NCBI GenBank assembly: GCA_047495785.1
Contig: JBLDXI010000023.1
Coordinates: forward strand, 930,001-994,000
Direction of reading: 5' to 3'
Source of the DNA: Lepidodermella squamata
Lineage: Eukaryota; Animalia; Gastrotricha
Length of the DNA: 64,000 nucleotides
Shown here: in pieces, positions 11,309 through 22,793 of the stretch
Position numbering within the stretch: the stretch's first letter is position 1
Layout: each line of letters opens with the position of its first letter
Made by a program: the position numbers and the translations under genes
The notes under the pieces: model-generated
Told to the model about the DNA's origin: nothing
The model's input: the letters and a program-made list of their open reading frames with translations, nothing else
Databases searched by the model: none

Positions 11309-12457
11309 TCAGTTAAACGCTAGATAGCTCGTTACAATAACATTGAACGCAAGATAAGTTAAGAATAAAATCACAAACGCAACAATATCGATAGCTACAA
11401 AAGCGCGCATCCTCTTGCCGCAGAAATGCACGATCCTGTTCGCTCGATCTTCGTACATGATGCAGTAGCCGCACATAAAAGCCGCGTATGTCGAGCAGAC
11501 CATAGCGAACATGATCACGCCGAGGACGTAGTACGAGGTGATTATGGGCTGGGGCGACTGAGGAACCGCAGCTGAAAACATGCTCTGAAGTACGAAAATC
11601 GACAGCATGACTGAACAGGCGAACGAGGCCCGATCGGGCTCAGTTGCTGGGATTCCAAATGCCGCAATTTCCAGGGTCGATAGGATGAAACTCGGCGCAA
11701 ACATGTTCAGCAAGTAGTACTCCGCCCTTCTCTTCAGTGACATAGTGAAAAAGACCTGGCTCAATGTGCCGAAATTCGCTATTTCAAACTCTTGCATTTC
11801 AGTTCGATTCGAAGCCAAAACCCAGTTCGAGTTCTTCGGCATGATGTTACGACTCAACGAGAACAGATCAGCAGCGGCAACTTTAACAAACTGGGTCGAT
11901 GTTCGCGTGTAGATTATGGCTGTGCAAGTCTGTGTGTCAAAAGGAAACAGGGTCAAGTCAAGATCGCAAGTGTAAGTGAATCTGCCAGCATAAGCCGCAG
12001 AAAATCGACCATCAAACGGATAGATCGTGAGTAGTTCTGAGAATTCATCAGCTTGATCCATTGCAATCTGGCCAACTGCGTTTCTAAGGCCAAGAGGTGG
12101 TATCCAATAAAAATCTGCTGGCTCGTTTTGCAGGATTGCTAACTTTGCTGGCCATTGATTCTTCGGATCTTTCACGTACTCAAACACGCACGGAACTTGC
12201 CAAATCATCTGTAGGACGCCATTGAACGAGAGGGACTCTGCAAGGTCATCTATGCCCAGGAATCTGTCGATTTGAAGGTATAGTAAAATCGGGGTGGGCA
12301 CTCCTTCGAACTCAGTCGGTGAATTAGCTGTTGGGCCGACGTTGCAGTTAGCGTTGAATATATCAGCGGCCTTCAGAGTCGGTGAGTACGTGAGATTATC
12401 AGCCGATGTTCGTTTTGCAAAGCCCAGCCATAAAAAGAGAAAAGCTTCAAGTCTCAT
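11309..12457 (-). CDS. Divergent Cys-loop LGIC subunit, subfamily B (382 aa)
   Basis: ATG 12457 (MRLEAFLFLWL); DNLTY; CDLDLTLFPFDTQTC; LKRRAEYY; M2 PDRASFACSVML. Confidence 0.93.
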   Translation of the reverse strand: MRLEAFLFLWLGFAKRTSADNLTYSPTLKAADIFNANCNVGPTANSPTEFEGVPTPILLYLQIDRFLGIDDLAESLSFNGVLQMIWQVPCVFEYVKDPKNQWPAKLAILQNEPADFYWIPPLGLRNAVGQIAMDQADEFSELLTIYPFDGRFSAAYAGRFTYTCDLDLTLFPFDTQTCTAIIYTRTSTQFVKVAAADLFSLSRNIMPKNSNWVLASNRTEMQEFEIANFGTLSQVFFTMSLKRRAEYYLLNMFAPSFILSTLEIAAFGIPATEPDRASFACSVMLSIFVLQSMFSAAVPQSPQPIITSYYVLGVIMFAMVCSTYAAFMCGYCIMYEDRANRIVHFCGKRMRAFVAIDIVAFVILFLTYLAFNVIVTSYLAFN

Positions 12458-13467
12458 GATTGACCTAAAGTTGAGTTCGAAAATACTGAAACCACGTTGG
12501 TATTTATTGTCGAGTCCAGTAGATCGAGATCTTTCCACCGGATATTAAGCTTTCTCTGACGAAGGTGAATGTTGATATTGCGCATTGCCTGGACTGTTTA
12601 TTGGATCATGAATGCGCAAGTGAGATTGGAAAAGCGTTAGCTGGAATATATGTTTTCAGCTTTGTTTTAACTGAATTCTTTTGGTTTATCAGCCTGACGT
12701 GATTCAGTCATTGCCTAGGAAAAATTGACCTTGCGTCAAGATTGAGATTTATTATTTGGTTTTGAGCTGATCTGTATCTTTCCAATGGATTAATGCCAAC
12801 ATTTAGCTTGTAGTATCAAGTATCCGGTGTCCACTGCCAGCTTAGGTTGGAAATTGTAAATGGATAGGAAACTGATCTTTTCCAGGCTCAAATTTTTCGC
12901 GAAATTTCTTTTCAACTGAAGGTAGGGAAACTGTTGTGAAGCAAGACATTGACTCTTTACAGCACAGTACCGTGCCTTCCTTGTGTGAAGCTCAGTAAAG
13001 CGACTAATTTACCAAGCGTGTTGTAATACTCTTCCAGAAACAGCTCTGCCACTCTTTGCCAGTAGTCCGACTTTGTCACGCTCTCAGGGGGAAAATTGGG
13101 CATATTTTAGCCTAAAATGAGCACATCATAAGGCTTTTTTCGCAAAGGTGAAGATTTTCGAAGGACAGCAAAATTTCAATCAACGAAATCAAGACAACAC
13201 GTCATTTAAAAAGCGGTTCGTTTAGATCATCACAAATAAGTGTATTACCTTGCCAGCTTAGTCATTTGGGATGTGATGATATCTATTACGACTGGGGAAT
13301 TGAAATCAATGTCGTATTTTATGTTATTATTGGAATCAGTAATTAGGGTAGACTAGTTTCAACATAGCTAAGGTATCTTAAATGTTATATTTTCAGATTA
13401 ATTAACAATGGCAATCTCCAAAGTTAGAGAGCCCTGATTTCCGGCTCGAGTTGGCCTAAAGATGCTT

Positions 13468-14622
13468 TTATCTGAAGGAAAGATATCCAAGCATGATTAG
13501 GTTGAACGAGATGTTGCAAAGGAAAAAGATAACAAAAGCAACACTATCGATAACAATGAACAGGTGGACGATAGCTCCAAAAAACGTGATTTTTTTATAA
13601 GCCTTATCGTGAAATAGCCTGCAGAAACCGCACATGAACGCAGAATATGTCGAACTAACCATGGCGAACATGATGACACCAAGAATGTAGAACGAAGTGA
13701 GGATAGGCTGAGGGGACTGAGGAACAGCGCCTGAGAACAGGCCTTGCAGTACAAAAATCGACAGCATAACTGAACAAGCGAATGCAGCTCGATCAGGCTC
13801 CGTGGCGGGGATCCCAAATGCGGCGATTTCTAGCGTCGACAGGAAAAAACTCGGCGCAAACATGTTCAGCAAATAGTACTCGGGTCTTCGTTTCAGAATC
13901 ATCTCAAAGCTAACCTGGCTGTTATGGCCATGATTCGGCACAAAAAAATCTTGTACTTCAGTTTTGTTTCCAACCAGCAACCAATTCGAATTTTTTGGAA
14001 TAATCTGCTGGCCTAGAGCTATCAAATTTGCCCCAGCAATAACGACATATTTCATGGTTGACCGCTGGTAGAAAGAGATTGTGCATGTTTGCGTATCAAA
14101 TGGGAAAAGCATTAGATCCAGATCGCAGGTATAAGTGAAGCGGCCAGCGTAGGCCGCGGCGAATCTGCCCTCAAACGGGTATACAGCTAGTAACCCAGCG
14201 TAATTGTCATCTTGCGCCATAGTAAGTTTGCCCACAGCATTCCTGATCCCAACTGGGGGTATCCAATAATCTTCATGGTGCTCGTTCTGTAAAACCGTCA
14301 ATTTGGCCGGCCATTGATTTGCCGGGTCGTTGACGTACTGGCTAACGCATGGCACTTGCCACAGCATTTGAAGTATTCCGTTGAATGATACAGATTCTTC
14401 AACGTCATTTACGCCGAGAAATCTGTCGATTTGAAGGGCAAGTCGCACCGGGAAGGGCACGTCTTCGAACTCAGTCGGCGAATTCGCACCAGGGCCGATG
14501 TTGCAGTGTGCGTTCAAAATCTCAGCTACCTTCAAAGTTGCTGTGTACGTGAGGTTGTCGGCAGTCACGTGGTGCGATAAGTATAGCCATAGGAAGAACA
14601 TCGATTTCAATTTGAAGCCCAT
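13468..14622 (-). CDS. Divergent Cys-loop LGIC subunit, subfamily B (~384 aa)
   Basis: ATG 14622; CDLDLMLFPFDTQTC; M2 PDRAAFACSVML; four TM. Confidence 0.93.
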   Translation of the reverse strand: MGFKLKSMFFLWLYLSHHVTADNLTYTATLKVAEILNAHCNIGPGANSPTEFEDVPFPVRLALQIDRFLGVNDVEESVSFNGILQMLWQVPCVSQYVNDPANQWPAKLTVLQNEHHEDYWIPPVGIRNAVGKLTMAQDDNYAGLLAVYPFEGRFAAAYAGRFTYTCDLDLMLFPFDTQTCTISFYQRSTMKYVVIAGANLIALGQQIIPKNSNWLLVGNKTEVQDFFVPNHGHNSQVSFEMILKRRPEYYLLNMFAPSFFLSTLEIAAFGIPATEPDRAAFACSVMLSIFVLQGLFSGAVPQSPQPILTSFYILGVIMFAMVSSTYSAFMCGFCRLFHDKAYKKITFFGAIVHLFIVIDSVAFVIFFLCNISFNLIMLGYLSFR

Positions 14623-15540
14623 AATTTTATCCAACGAATATTAATGGGCACAAATCTTGAAAAACATCAATCTTGATACGTCCGGGGTAGTTTCTATGAC
14701 ATGACCAAAATAGCGCTGTGATAAAAGTACCACGCTTCAGTACCACGCTGTGATAAAAATATAGCGGACATTACCCTAGTTTTATGAGGGTGAGTGGCAC
14801 TGGGGAAGTTTTGAGTTTAAAATAACTTTGATTTTAATTAGAAGAACGTCACTTCATTAATTCTAAAACTCTCATTCACATGGGATTACTGCGAAAAGCG
14901 TGAATAAGCGTCCTAAGAGATACGATTATACCCAATTAGGAAATCTCAATTGACCTCAATATTGATTGGAATTAGCTATAATTTTATTGACCTATTATAT
15001 TATAATGATATTAGCTAAGTACTGGTGGTTATCTGAGGCTTTTATAGCATGTAGAAAGAAGAAGAAAACGTAGACAAAGCCATTTTTTCATACTTTTTAC
15101 TCAGAGCTCGTTGAGGTGTTCGTAAACAAGGATGCAGTTTTCAAACTAAAAAGATTTAGATCGTAAACAAGCCTATATCCGAGTTTTCAACGACGCTAAC
15201 GATAACACAACATTGTTTCATCCCGGAGTCATAGAAAACTGAGCAATCAGCGGGTCAAACTGCTACTTACTACACTTGAACTTGCACTTGAAACACAATG
15301 CACTTAAAAAGCATATCAGATCAGCATATTGAACGTTTTATCCATTTCACAGGTGTTCTGTTAGTTCATCTTCTTCCGAGCATTCATATCGAACGTCGAT
15401 TTATATGCCTGAGAGATTCCAAACGCTGGCGGTTGGCGTCTTACTGCTTATTATTATAGTAGTTTCAAAGAATGTGATGCAATAGTGGCATGTGAATGCG
15501 CACAACGATGAAGATGAGGTAGATTTTAGCGTACAAGACA

Positions 15541-16686
15541 TTACATCGAAGCCATACAGGCTGTTGTGACGAAGTTGAACGCGAAATACGCCAGAAAGAA
15601 AATGAAGAAAGCGATAACGTCAATGACGATGACAGTTTTCTTCTTCCTCCCCATGAATTCCACGATTCGATTCGCATGTTCCTCGTACAGCCTGCAATAG
15701 CCGCACATAATTGCGGAATACATTGAACAAGCCATTGCGAAGATTATGACTCCCAGCACGTAGTATGAGGTGACTATGGGCCTCGGGGAATGGGGAACAG
15801 CTGATGAGAACAGACCCTGTAGTACGAAGATCGACAACATTACTGAACAGGCGAATGATGCTCGATCAGGCTCAGCGGCCGGGATTCCGAATGCCGCGAT
15901 TTCCAATGTCGATAGGATGAAACTGGGCGCAAACATGTTTAGCATATAGTAGTCCGCCCTCCTTTTCAGTACCATTGTAAAACTTGCCTCTCCAAGCCTC
16001 CCGTAATTCTCGACGGTAAACTCTGAGATGTCTGTTCTGTTTGACATCAAGATCCAGTTTGAGTTTTTCGGAATAATTTCACGATTCATTGTTATGAAAT
16101 GGACTGCAGCAATCGTTACATACTGCGTCTTCGCCCGAGGGTTGAAGTAGGCCGTGCAAGTTTGGGTATCGAATGGGAAAAGTGTTAGGTCCAGATCGCA
16201 AGTGTAGCTAAATCTGCCAGCATAACCTCCAGTGAATCGGCCCTCAAAAGGGTAGATACTCATGAGTTCAGCGAATTCATCGGCTAGAGCTAGCGTCATC
16301 TGCCCGACTGCGTTTCTCAGGCCGATAGGAGGTAGCCAGTAGGATTTTGATGGCTCATTCTGCAGGAAGTTCAACTTCTGCGGCCATCCATTCGCAGGAT
16401 CTTTGACATAGCGAGCAACGCATGGAACCTTCCAAGTAACTTGTAAGAAGCCGTTGAATGACAGTGACTCTTCAATGTCGTTAATTCCGATGAATCTATC
16501 GATTTGTAGAACGAGTTCAATCGGCGTGGGAATGTCTTCGAATTCGGTTGGGCTGTTAGCTGTAGGACCTATGTTGCAATTTTTAGTAAGAATTTCAGCC
16601 GCTTTCAGAGTTTCTGTGTAGGTTAGGTTGTCCGCAGCAGCAACACGGAAAATCGACCAGGTAAAGACTATGAATGATGAAATCAT
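15541..16686 (-). CDS. Divergent Cys-loop LGIC subunit, subfamily B (~381 aa)
   Basis: ATG 16686 (MISSFIVFTW); CDLDLTLFPFDTQTC; M2 PDRASFACSVML. Confidence 0.93.
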   Translation of the reverse strand: MISSFIVFTWSIFRVAAADNLTYTETLKAAEILTKNCNIGPTANSPTEFEDIPTPIELVLQIDRFIGINDIEESLSFNGFLQVTWKVPCVARYVKDPANGWPQKLNFLQNEPSKSYWLPPIGLRNAVGQMTLALADEFAELMSIYPFEGRFTGGYAGRFSYTCDLDLTLFPFDTQTCTAYFNPRAKTQYVTIAAVHFITMNREIIPKNSNWILMSNRTDISEFTVENYGRLGEASFTMVLKRRADYYMLNMFAPSFILSTLEIAAFGIPAAEPDRASFACSVMLSIFVLQGLFSSAVPHSPRPIVTSYYVLGVIIFAMACSMYSAIMCGYCRLYEEHANRIVEFMGRKKKTVIVIDVIAFFIFFLAYFAFNFVTTACMASM

Positions 16687-16897
16687 TTTCTCCAAATAAC
16701 GAGAAATTATTTTTATTCACTCGAGGATGCACATGTTTAACAGGAAATATCCGCAATCTCTTCCGGTGAAGAATAAATGGCAATAAATTGATCTGGATCA
16801 ATATTACGGATCACATTCTCCTAGTTTCAGCTTTCATCATTTTAGAAAGTTCAGGGTGAAATCTTTTCCAGATTACTATTTTTTTGGCACCAAGAAA

Positions 16898-18034
16898 TTA
16901 TCGAAGCAAGTGCATGAAGACAACGATATAGAAAATCACTGTAGTAGCTAAAAGAAAGCTAAAAACAGCTATATCCACTGCGATGAAATACCGGCAATCA
17001 TAACCACAAAACACAACTTTTCTTTCCGATCTGTCAGGTCTCAGAAAAATATAACCGCACATTATCGCCGCATATATCGCGCAGAAAGTCGCTAAAACAA
17101 CAATGCCGATCAGATAGAACCCAGTTACAATGGGGCGGGGAGTAGCTGGAACCAAGGCTCCGAATTGGGCCTGCATAACCAAGATTGACAGCATGACAGA
17201 ACACGCGAAAGATGGCCGTTCAGGCTCCGGGGCTGGGATGGCGAAAGACGCGAAAATTAGCGTATTCAATATGAAACTCGGGCAGAAAAGGTTCAAGACT
17301 ATGAAATTTGCCTTTCGTTTCAGTGTAATTTTGATTGTCGCTTCGCTGAAAATGCCGATGTCAGCCACTGGCCGTGAAATCACCCAAGTTTCATTTCGAA
17401 GCATTTCCCAGTTAGAATTTGCTGGGATGACGTTATCTTCTGAAGTTTGAAAACTCATACTCACGATTTTGACAAACTTCTCAGGCCATCGACAGCCTAT
17501 ATAGACGTAGCAATTTTGCGTATCAAATGGAAATTTGAGGAGTTGTAGGTCGCAGAATGATGCGATTTTGCCGACGTAGGCGCCCACAAAAATCCCCTTT
17601 TTTGGCCTAACCATCAGCGTCCGAACTACATCAGGCGATGAATCCAGTACAATTTGAGTGTAGGAATTTCTCTGCGTCATAGAAGGAAACCACATGAGAT
17701 TCTCTACCGGAACTTCGTACATTTCCTCGAGGTAACTAGGCCAGTTGTTAGCTTCATTGTTAGCGAAATCAGCCACGCATCTCACGACCCAAACCAGCTG
17801 AATAGCGCCGATGAATGTTAGAGTCTCGGCTACATCATTGATGCCTAAAAATCGGTCGATGTGACCTGTTATTGACACCTTCACCGGGCGGCCGGATGCT
17901 TCATCGGGGGAATTTATGCCGGAGCTTATGTGACAGTTGCTTCGAAGCCTCTCCAAATGTGCAGCGTTACTTGGTTCCTCACCCAAAACTGGGGCGTTTA
18001 GGAAAATTGAAAATAGAACGATCCCAATAATCAT
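16898..18034 (-). CDS. Divergent Cys-loop LGIC subunit, subfamily C (378 aa)
   Basis: Signal peptide MIIGIVLFSIFLNAPVLG; CDLQLLKFPFDTQNC; M2 PERPSFACSVML. Confidence 0.93.
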   Translation of the reverse strand: MIIGIVLFSIFLNAPVLGEEPSNAAHLERLRSNCHISSGINSPDEASGRPVKVSITGHIDRFLGINDVAETLTFIGAIQLVWVVRCVADFANNEANNWPSYLEEMYEVPVENLMWFPSMTQRNSYTQIVLDSSPDVVRTLMVRPKKGIFVGAYVGKIASFCDLQLLKFPFDTQNCYVYIGCRWPEKFVKIVSMSFQTSEDNVIPANSNWEMLRNETWVISRPVADIGIFSEATIKITLKRKANFIVLNLFCPSFILNTLIFASFAIPAPEPERPSFACSVMLSILVMQAQFGALVPATPRPIVTGFYLIGIVVLATFCAIYAAIMCGYIFLRPDRSERKVVFCGYDCRYFIAVDIAVFSFLLATTVIFYIVVFMHLLR

Positions 18035-18320
18035 GACTATCAGCTTTAGCTTTAATGCACTAACATCAGCTGTATTTTACCAATAAGTGCAATTATCTGA
18101 TATTATTTACATATGCATTAGCGACGATTTCCTGTTTTGATTAGCAGCGAATTTAATATGTTTTTTTCTGCCATATTTGTATTTGGGGACCTATCCGGTC
18201 ATTTTTGCGTAAACAAAAGTGATTTCGTTAGATGATCGCGCATTTATAATTTTTTTGCTTTAGAATGATATGAACGCAAGCTCAATCGACATGCCTCTCA
18301 ATCTGGACGCTATCGATGTT

Positions 18321-19221
18321 ATGAACAGCATACATCTGCTGCTAATCCTGCTTGCAAACTCCGGCAAGTCGCAACCAGTCAAAGTAGAGCAAGTGAGTTC
18401 AACTTTCAAATTAAGCTATTCAACAATTTCGCTCCATATTTGAGACAAGTTTCTCTAGTTATCCGTCACAGGAATTCGAAATGTTAGGCTACTCACATTG
18501 GGTGTATGGAGTAGCTTATGATTTGATGTAGGGTGGTGAAATAATTTTAGAATAAATGAAACACACAGCCTCCAGACTTATGGATTGAGTAAAGATTTCC
18601 GTTTTAACCTAAATCCACTCATTCTCTATAGGGATTTTGTGGACCTCTGCCGATGATTCCAAATGGATATCTTAGCCCTGGAAACATCACCTTCGGCGCT
18701 GAAAGAATAGTTTTCTGCCGACCTGGTTTCACGCTTCAAGGCGAAGTCCTAATTGCCTGTATGCTGAGTGGCCACTGGAGTACACCCGGCACGTGTGTCA
18801 GAAGAGAAGACAGAGAAGAGCCGATTATAAGAGGTAATACCTAGTCCTAATTAGATTCTAATATTGGGTCTCTTTATGTATCAGCAAATATCAACCTTAA
18901 ATCGACCGATCCTGCCTCTGACATGCTCTCGAGTCCAATTTTGCTCAACATCAACACCACAGAGAAAACGACGCAAATGTGGCGCCAGCTCAATATACCA
19001 GGTAATTTCGCCCATCAAACTCAGATTTTGCTAACATTTTTTTTCCAGCTCAACTATTGCTGGAGAGTTTGAAACCAGAGCGACCAAAGGAGACGACTAG
19101 AATTGCTACAACTGAGCTGTTCATCGTTACTGGTTCTATAATCATCATAATCACTATAATTCTTGTCTTGCTACTTATGATGTGGTGTTATTTTCCGCAA
19201 GCTTGTGCTGGTTGTATGTAG
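18321..19221 (+). CDS. Spliced single-sushi (CCP/SCR) type-I membrane protein (~187 aa)
   Basis: Exons 18321-18392, 18632-18833, 18885-19001, 19049-19221, all GT-AG with consistent phases; optional in-frame microexon 18459-18482. Gives signal MNSIHLLLILLANSG, sushi CGPLPMIPNG...CRPGFTLQG...IACMLSGHWSTPGTC, S/T stalk, TM LFIVTGSIIIIITIILVLLLMMW and tail CYFPQACAGCM. AATAAA follows the stop. Confidence 0.8.
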
Positions 19222-19528
19222 GCGAATAAAGATGCACATAAGCCTGTATGTCTCAGAACAGTGCTTCCTGTCACATTGTTTGGTAAACACGTGGCCTCAA
19301 TTTCCTCAAGTAGGCCAGGGTCCTTTTATAATGCATAAGATTTGCACACCTATCAGGCTACGCTGCTCCGAGAACAAACAATGGACGCTTTTTACTTTGA
19401 CGCGTAGGCCAAGAGCCAAAAAATATCAAGATAGTCTGGATTATCATTTTATAGCGAGAACTTTCAGCCCTTAGAAATATGGCAGAAAAATCAGGTAAAA
19501 TTCATATTTTTCAAAATTCTCCATAGCC

Positions 19529-19774
19529 ATGTTTTTCATTGAAGAAACAGCTGCGATGTTGCTGGATATCGAGCGAGATAGGCAGAAGCAGGCGCATCGA
19601 TTTTTCTGCCTGGTCGGAACTGCGATCGGATGTTTGCTTGGAGTTATGCTGATCGGAGGCCTCTCTGCGATTATAGTTTACCTATTTTCAACGAACGTTT
19701 TGCAAAAAGAGTGCAGATCCTGCCTAAATCTGAGTGGATCGATAACTTTATTCAATAAAAAATTGCCAAAATAA
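19529..19774 (+). CDS. Small single-TM protein of unknown function (81 aa)
   Basis: ATG-initiated ORF with one long Gly-rich hydrophobic segment; possible short upstream exon 19479-19494 (MAEKS). No family recognised. Confidence 0.4.
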   Translation: MFFIEETAAMLLDIERDRQKQAHRFFCLVGTAIGCLLGVMLIGGLSAIIVYLFSTNVLQKECRSCLNLSGSITLFNKKLPK

Positions 19775-19883
19775 GATAATACAATTTAACATTATTTAGG
19801 CTTAGGAATTCCTATTTCTACATGTATTGAATGAACATTTTTTTTAGTGGAACTGCTATAAGGAAAGGAGACCTACATTGTCT

Positions 19884-20043
19884 AGAGAGCGAAGTAGGAG
19901 AGCAGACCTGGTAAGGCTAACTGGTAGGAAAGGTCGTCATTAGGGTATCCACTATGGCCTTTGCCCTTGATCACACCACATGGACCACAAGTGAAATGGT
20001 AGGGATAATCTCTAGAATCCTATGCGGTACTTCGCTACTCTCT
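19884..20043. mobile_element. Short MITE family C (TIR AGAGCGAAGTA / TACTTCGCTCT)
   Basis: Terminal inverted motif; diverged copies at ~24290-24427, 26122-26244 and 50060-50207. Confidence 0.6.
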
Positions 20044-20315
20044 AGCCTATCAAATGAAAAGACTGGGCCTATCGAATGGTGGATCAATGGTGAATGCAAC
20101 TTACTACAATGAGAGATGAAGTGCGAGATTTTCCGCGGCATTAGCGTATTGATAACGTTGAAAGGATTCTAGATACTAACTTGATTGTCTGAAGCATGGG
20201 CGAAAACTATCCCCAAAAACAACAGAAGTTTCGGAAACAGTTTTGTAGAGGTTTTACACATGCAAAATAGCAACCACCAAAGTTTGAAGTTTTTAACGCT
20301 CGTATAGCTATAATA

Positions 20316-21497
20316 CTAGAACAGCTGCAACAGGACGATACTAATCAGCACATATGACGCTAAATACGCAACAAATGTTAGTGAAAAGACTACAACGTCA
20401 ACAGCAAAAGAGAGAGTTATTGTCTTCTCGAGAATCAAAAGCTTTGTGCCCGCGATTTCAGGCAACAAAGCGATAAATCCGCACATCATGGATTCGTAAA
20501 TGACAGACAGTGTAGCGAGAACGCTTTGTGATAGGCAGAAAATGCCCGCAATCATTGGTTTTGGGGTTTTTGGTAAATAAGCTTGAAGATTTTCTTGCAG
20601 AAAGAAAATACCCAACATAACCGTACAAGCGAATACAGGCCGGTCTGGAACCTCGGCCGGGATGAGAAATGACGACAAAATCAACACGCTGAGAAGCACA
20701 CTTGGCCCGAAAAGGTATGTCAAAAAATATTCAGGTTTCCGCTTAAATCCGAAGCTGAAAGTGGCCCTTGAAAAATTGGCCAAATAGCTAAATTGCAGTG
20801 GGCCAAATTCCACCGATCGTTGCGAGGTGTCATGCTCCCAGCCGGAGTTCTCCTTCATGAACGGAGTATCGTAGTATTCATACGAAAAGAACCCGGCATC
20901 GCTGATCTTTGAGAACACGTCACCTTGCAATAGAGCAAATTCGATATTACACGTCTGCTTATCAAAAGGGAAGTACGTCAGGTTCAAATTGCAGTAGGAC
21001 GCGTATTTCCCCGTCAGGCCAAATGAAACAAGCCCTGACGTCACGTTTACGATAGTTTGTCGAAAAAAGCCTTCCGCCATCGCTGGGCTGCCAACCGAAT
21101 TTTCATGGGACAATGTTGGATACCAGTACTGGCTCGGGTCTTCTTTTGATAGGTAATTGATGGCAGGCGGCCATTCGACGCTGCCGTTACACGATACATT
21201 ACGATAGAGATCGGCAATGCATTTTGATTCATAGTTGATCAAGAGTGAAGCGGAAATAGTGAATGTTTCGGAGACATCATTAATTTCTGTTAAAAGTTTT
21301 GGCTGCAGACCCAGGCTAATTAGAGTGGGCTTTCCCTCTAATTCAGTCGGCGAATTGACTGTCGGGCCCAGCCTACAGTTGCTAAGAATCGTTGTAGTAG
21401 GATTGAACGTCCGAAAGCAGTCAGCGATGGCTGGTACAGTAAAGGCACTTTGCAACGTGCAAATTTTGAGAAATCCTTGAAAAATCGAGATAGCCAT
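20316..21497 (-). CDS. Divergent Cys-loop LGIC subunit, subfamily A (393 aa)
   Basis: CNLNLTYFPFDKQTC; M2 PDRPVFACTVMLGIFF; close paralog of 24623-25804. Confidence 0.92.
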   Translation of the reverse strand: MAISIFQGFLKICTLQSAFTVPAIADCFRTFNPTTTILSNCRLGPTVNSPTELEGKPTLISLGLQPKLLTEINDVSETFTISASLLINYESKCIADLYRNVSCNGSVEWPPAINYLSKEDPSQYWYPTLSHENSVGSPAMAEGFFRQTIVNVTSGLVSFGLTGKYASYCNLNLTYFPFDKQTCNIEFALLQGDVFSKISDAGFFSYEYYDTPFMKENSGWEHDTSQRSVEFGPLQFSYLANFSRATFSFGFKRKPEYFLTYLFGPSVLLSVLILSSFLIPAEVPDRPVFACTVMLGIFFLQENLQAYLPKTPKPMIAGIFCLSQSVLATLSVIYESMMCGFIALLPEIAGTKLLILEKTITLSFAVDVVVFSLTFVAYLASYVLISIVLLQLF

Positions 21498-22793
21498 GAT
21501 AGTGGAATATCACCTACTGGAAGAAATGTTGACATTTAACCATTTGTATGAATTTTTTTCGAAGGTCGACAAATGCAATTTCCTGTCCGATGCATCGCAA
21601 AGCGTTTTCAATAAAAGCAAATATAGCAAAAAAATCTGAAACAAATGCAGAAAACACGGAACCTCTCAAAATCTTAAATACTCTCCAACTTTGATGGTCG
21701 TAGATATTATCAGGGCAAACTACGACGTCGGACCGCCGTTCTTTCAAGTGGCGAAATTATAAATCATCATGGCGTAGCCGCTATGATGAAGGTGATACCT
21801 TCAAAGAGTGCCGAGTGCGGTAACGGATTCCTTCTGAGCTCGTCATGTTTTTTCTGTGACCCATGTATGACGTGGATTGGAACTGAAAAAGTTGCTCATA
21901 AGATATGACGAGCTGCAAAAGACGAGCTACAGTGGCGTAGATATGTTCCGGTTGAGCGATATCGCCGGGTCTAATCTAGTTGAACCCGGTTTTTTCTAAC
22001 CGAATCCACCCGGTTTCATTTATTTCCATCTTCAAAAACCCAGAGAGCTTTGACTGCGTGCGCTAAGAAGTTCTAAGTTGCTCTAAGAATTAAGAATCAC
22101 GGTTTTATTACTATTAACAGGTGTTTGGGCGTATTTTTGTAGAAAATGCCTTAAAAGTCGCTCGTTTAATCTGTTAACTTAATGTCCACAGAGGTCCATT
22201 AGGCAGTGTGCGACTTTCCGAGGGGGAACTCGCCCCCTTCAGATCGGCCAGACAGGATAAGAAACTGAAAAGTTCTGAGAGGTTTGGAGCTTGTTTTGCT
22301 AGAAAATCTTCAAAATGTCCACGTTTCGTTCGTCTTTTTGAAATAATCAGTCATTTGAATTCATTGAAGCCTCGCAAGCCAGCCTATTTTCGCCAGCAGT
22401 GTTGGTAAAATCCTTCCATCCCTGCAGCTCCAGGATCAAATATCACACCTTGGTATTATGCAATTTTGTAACCTTTTTGGACCTGATAATCAGTAGTAAA
22501 TCACGATTTTCAGGTAAATCAACATACGACAGGACGCTCGTCTTTGCTAGTAGACTCAAAAAACGTTTGAGAACCACTGGTCTGAGCAACGGATCATCGA
22601 GAATAGCTTATTAATTGAATGATTTATTCCATCTTAAATAGCGGAACAGGCGCTTAACCGACGGTCACACCTCAAAAAGTTCGGATACGAACCGTACAGA
22701 TTAAAAATTGAACCAAAACTCAACAGTGCAGAAAAAAGTGACACTGCTTAGTTAAACAAAAAAATGACAAATACTTTGAACGGATTTGTAAAT

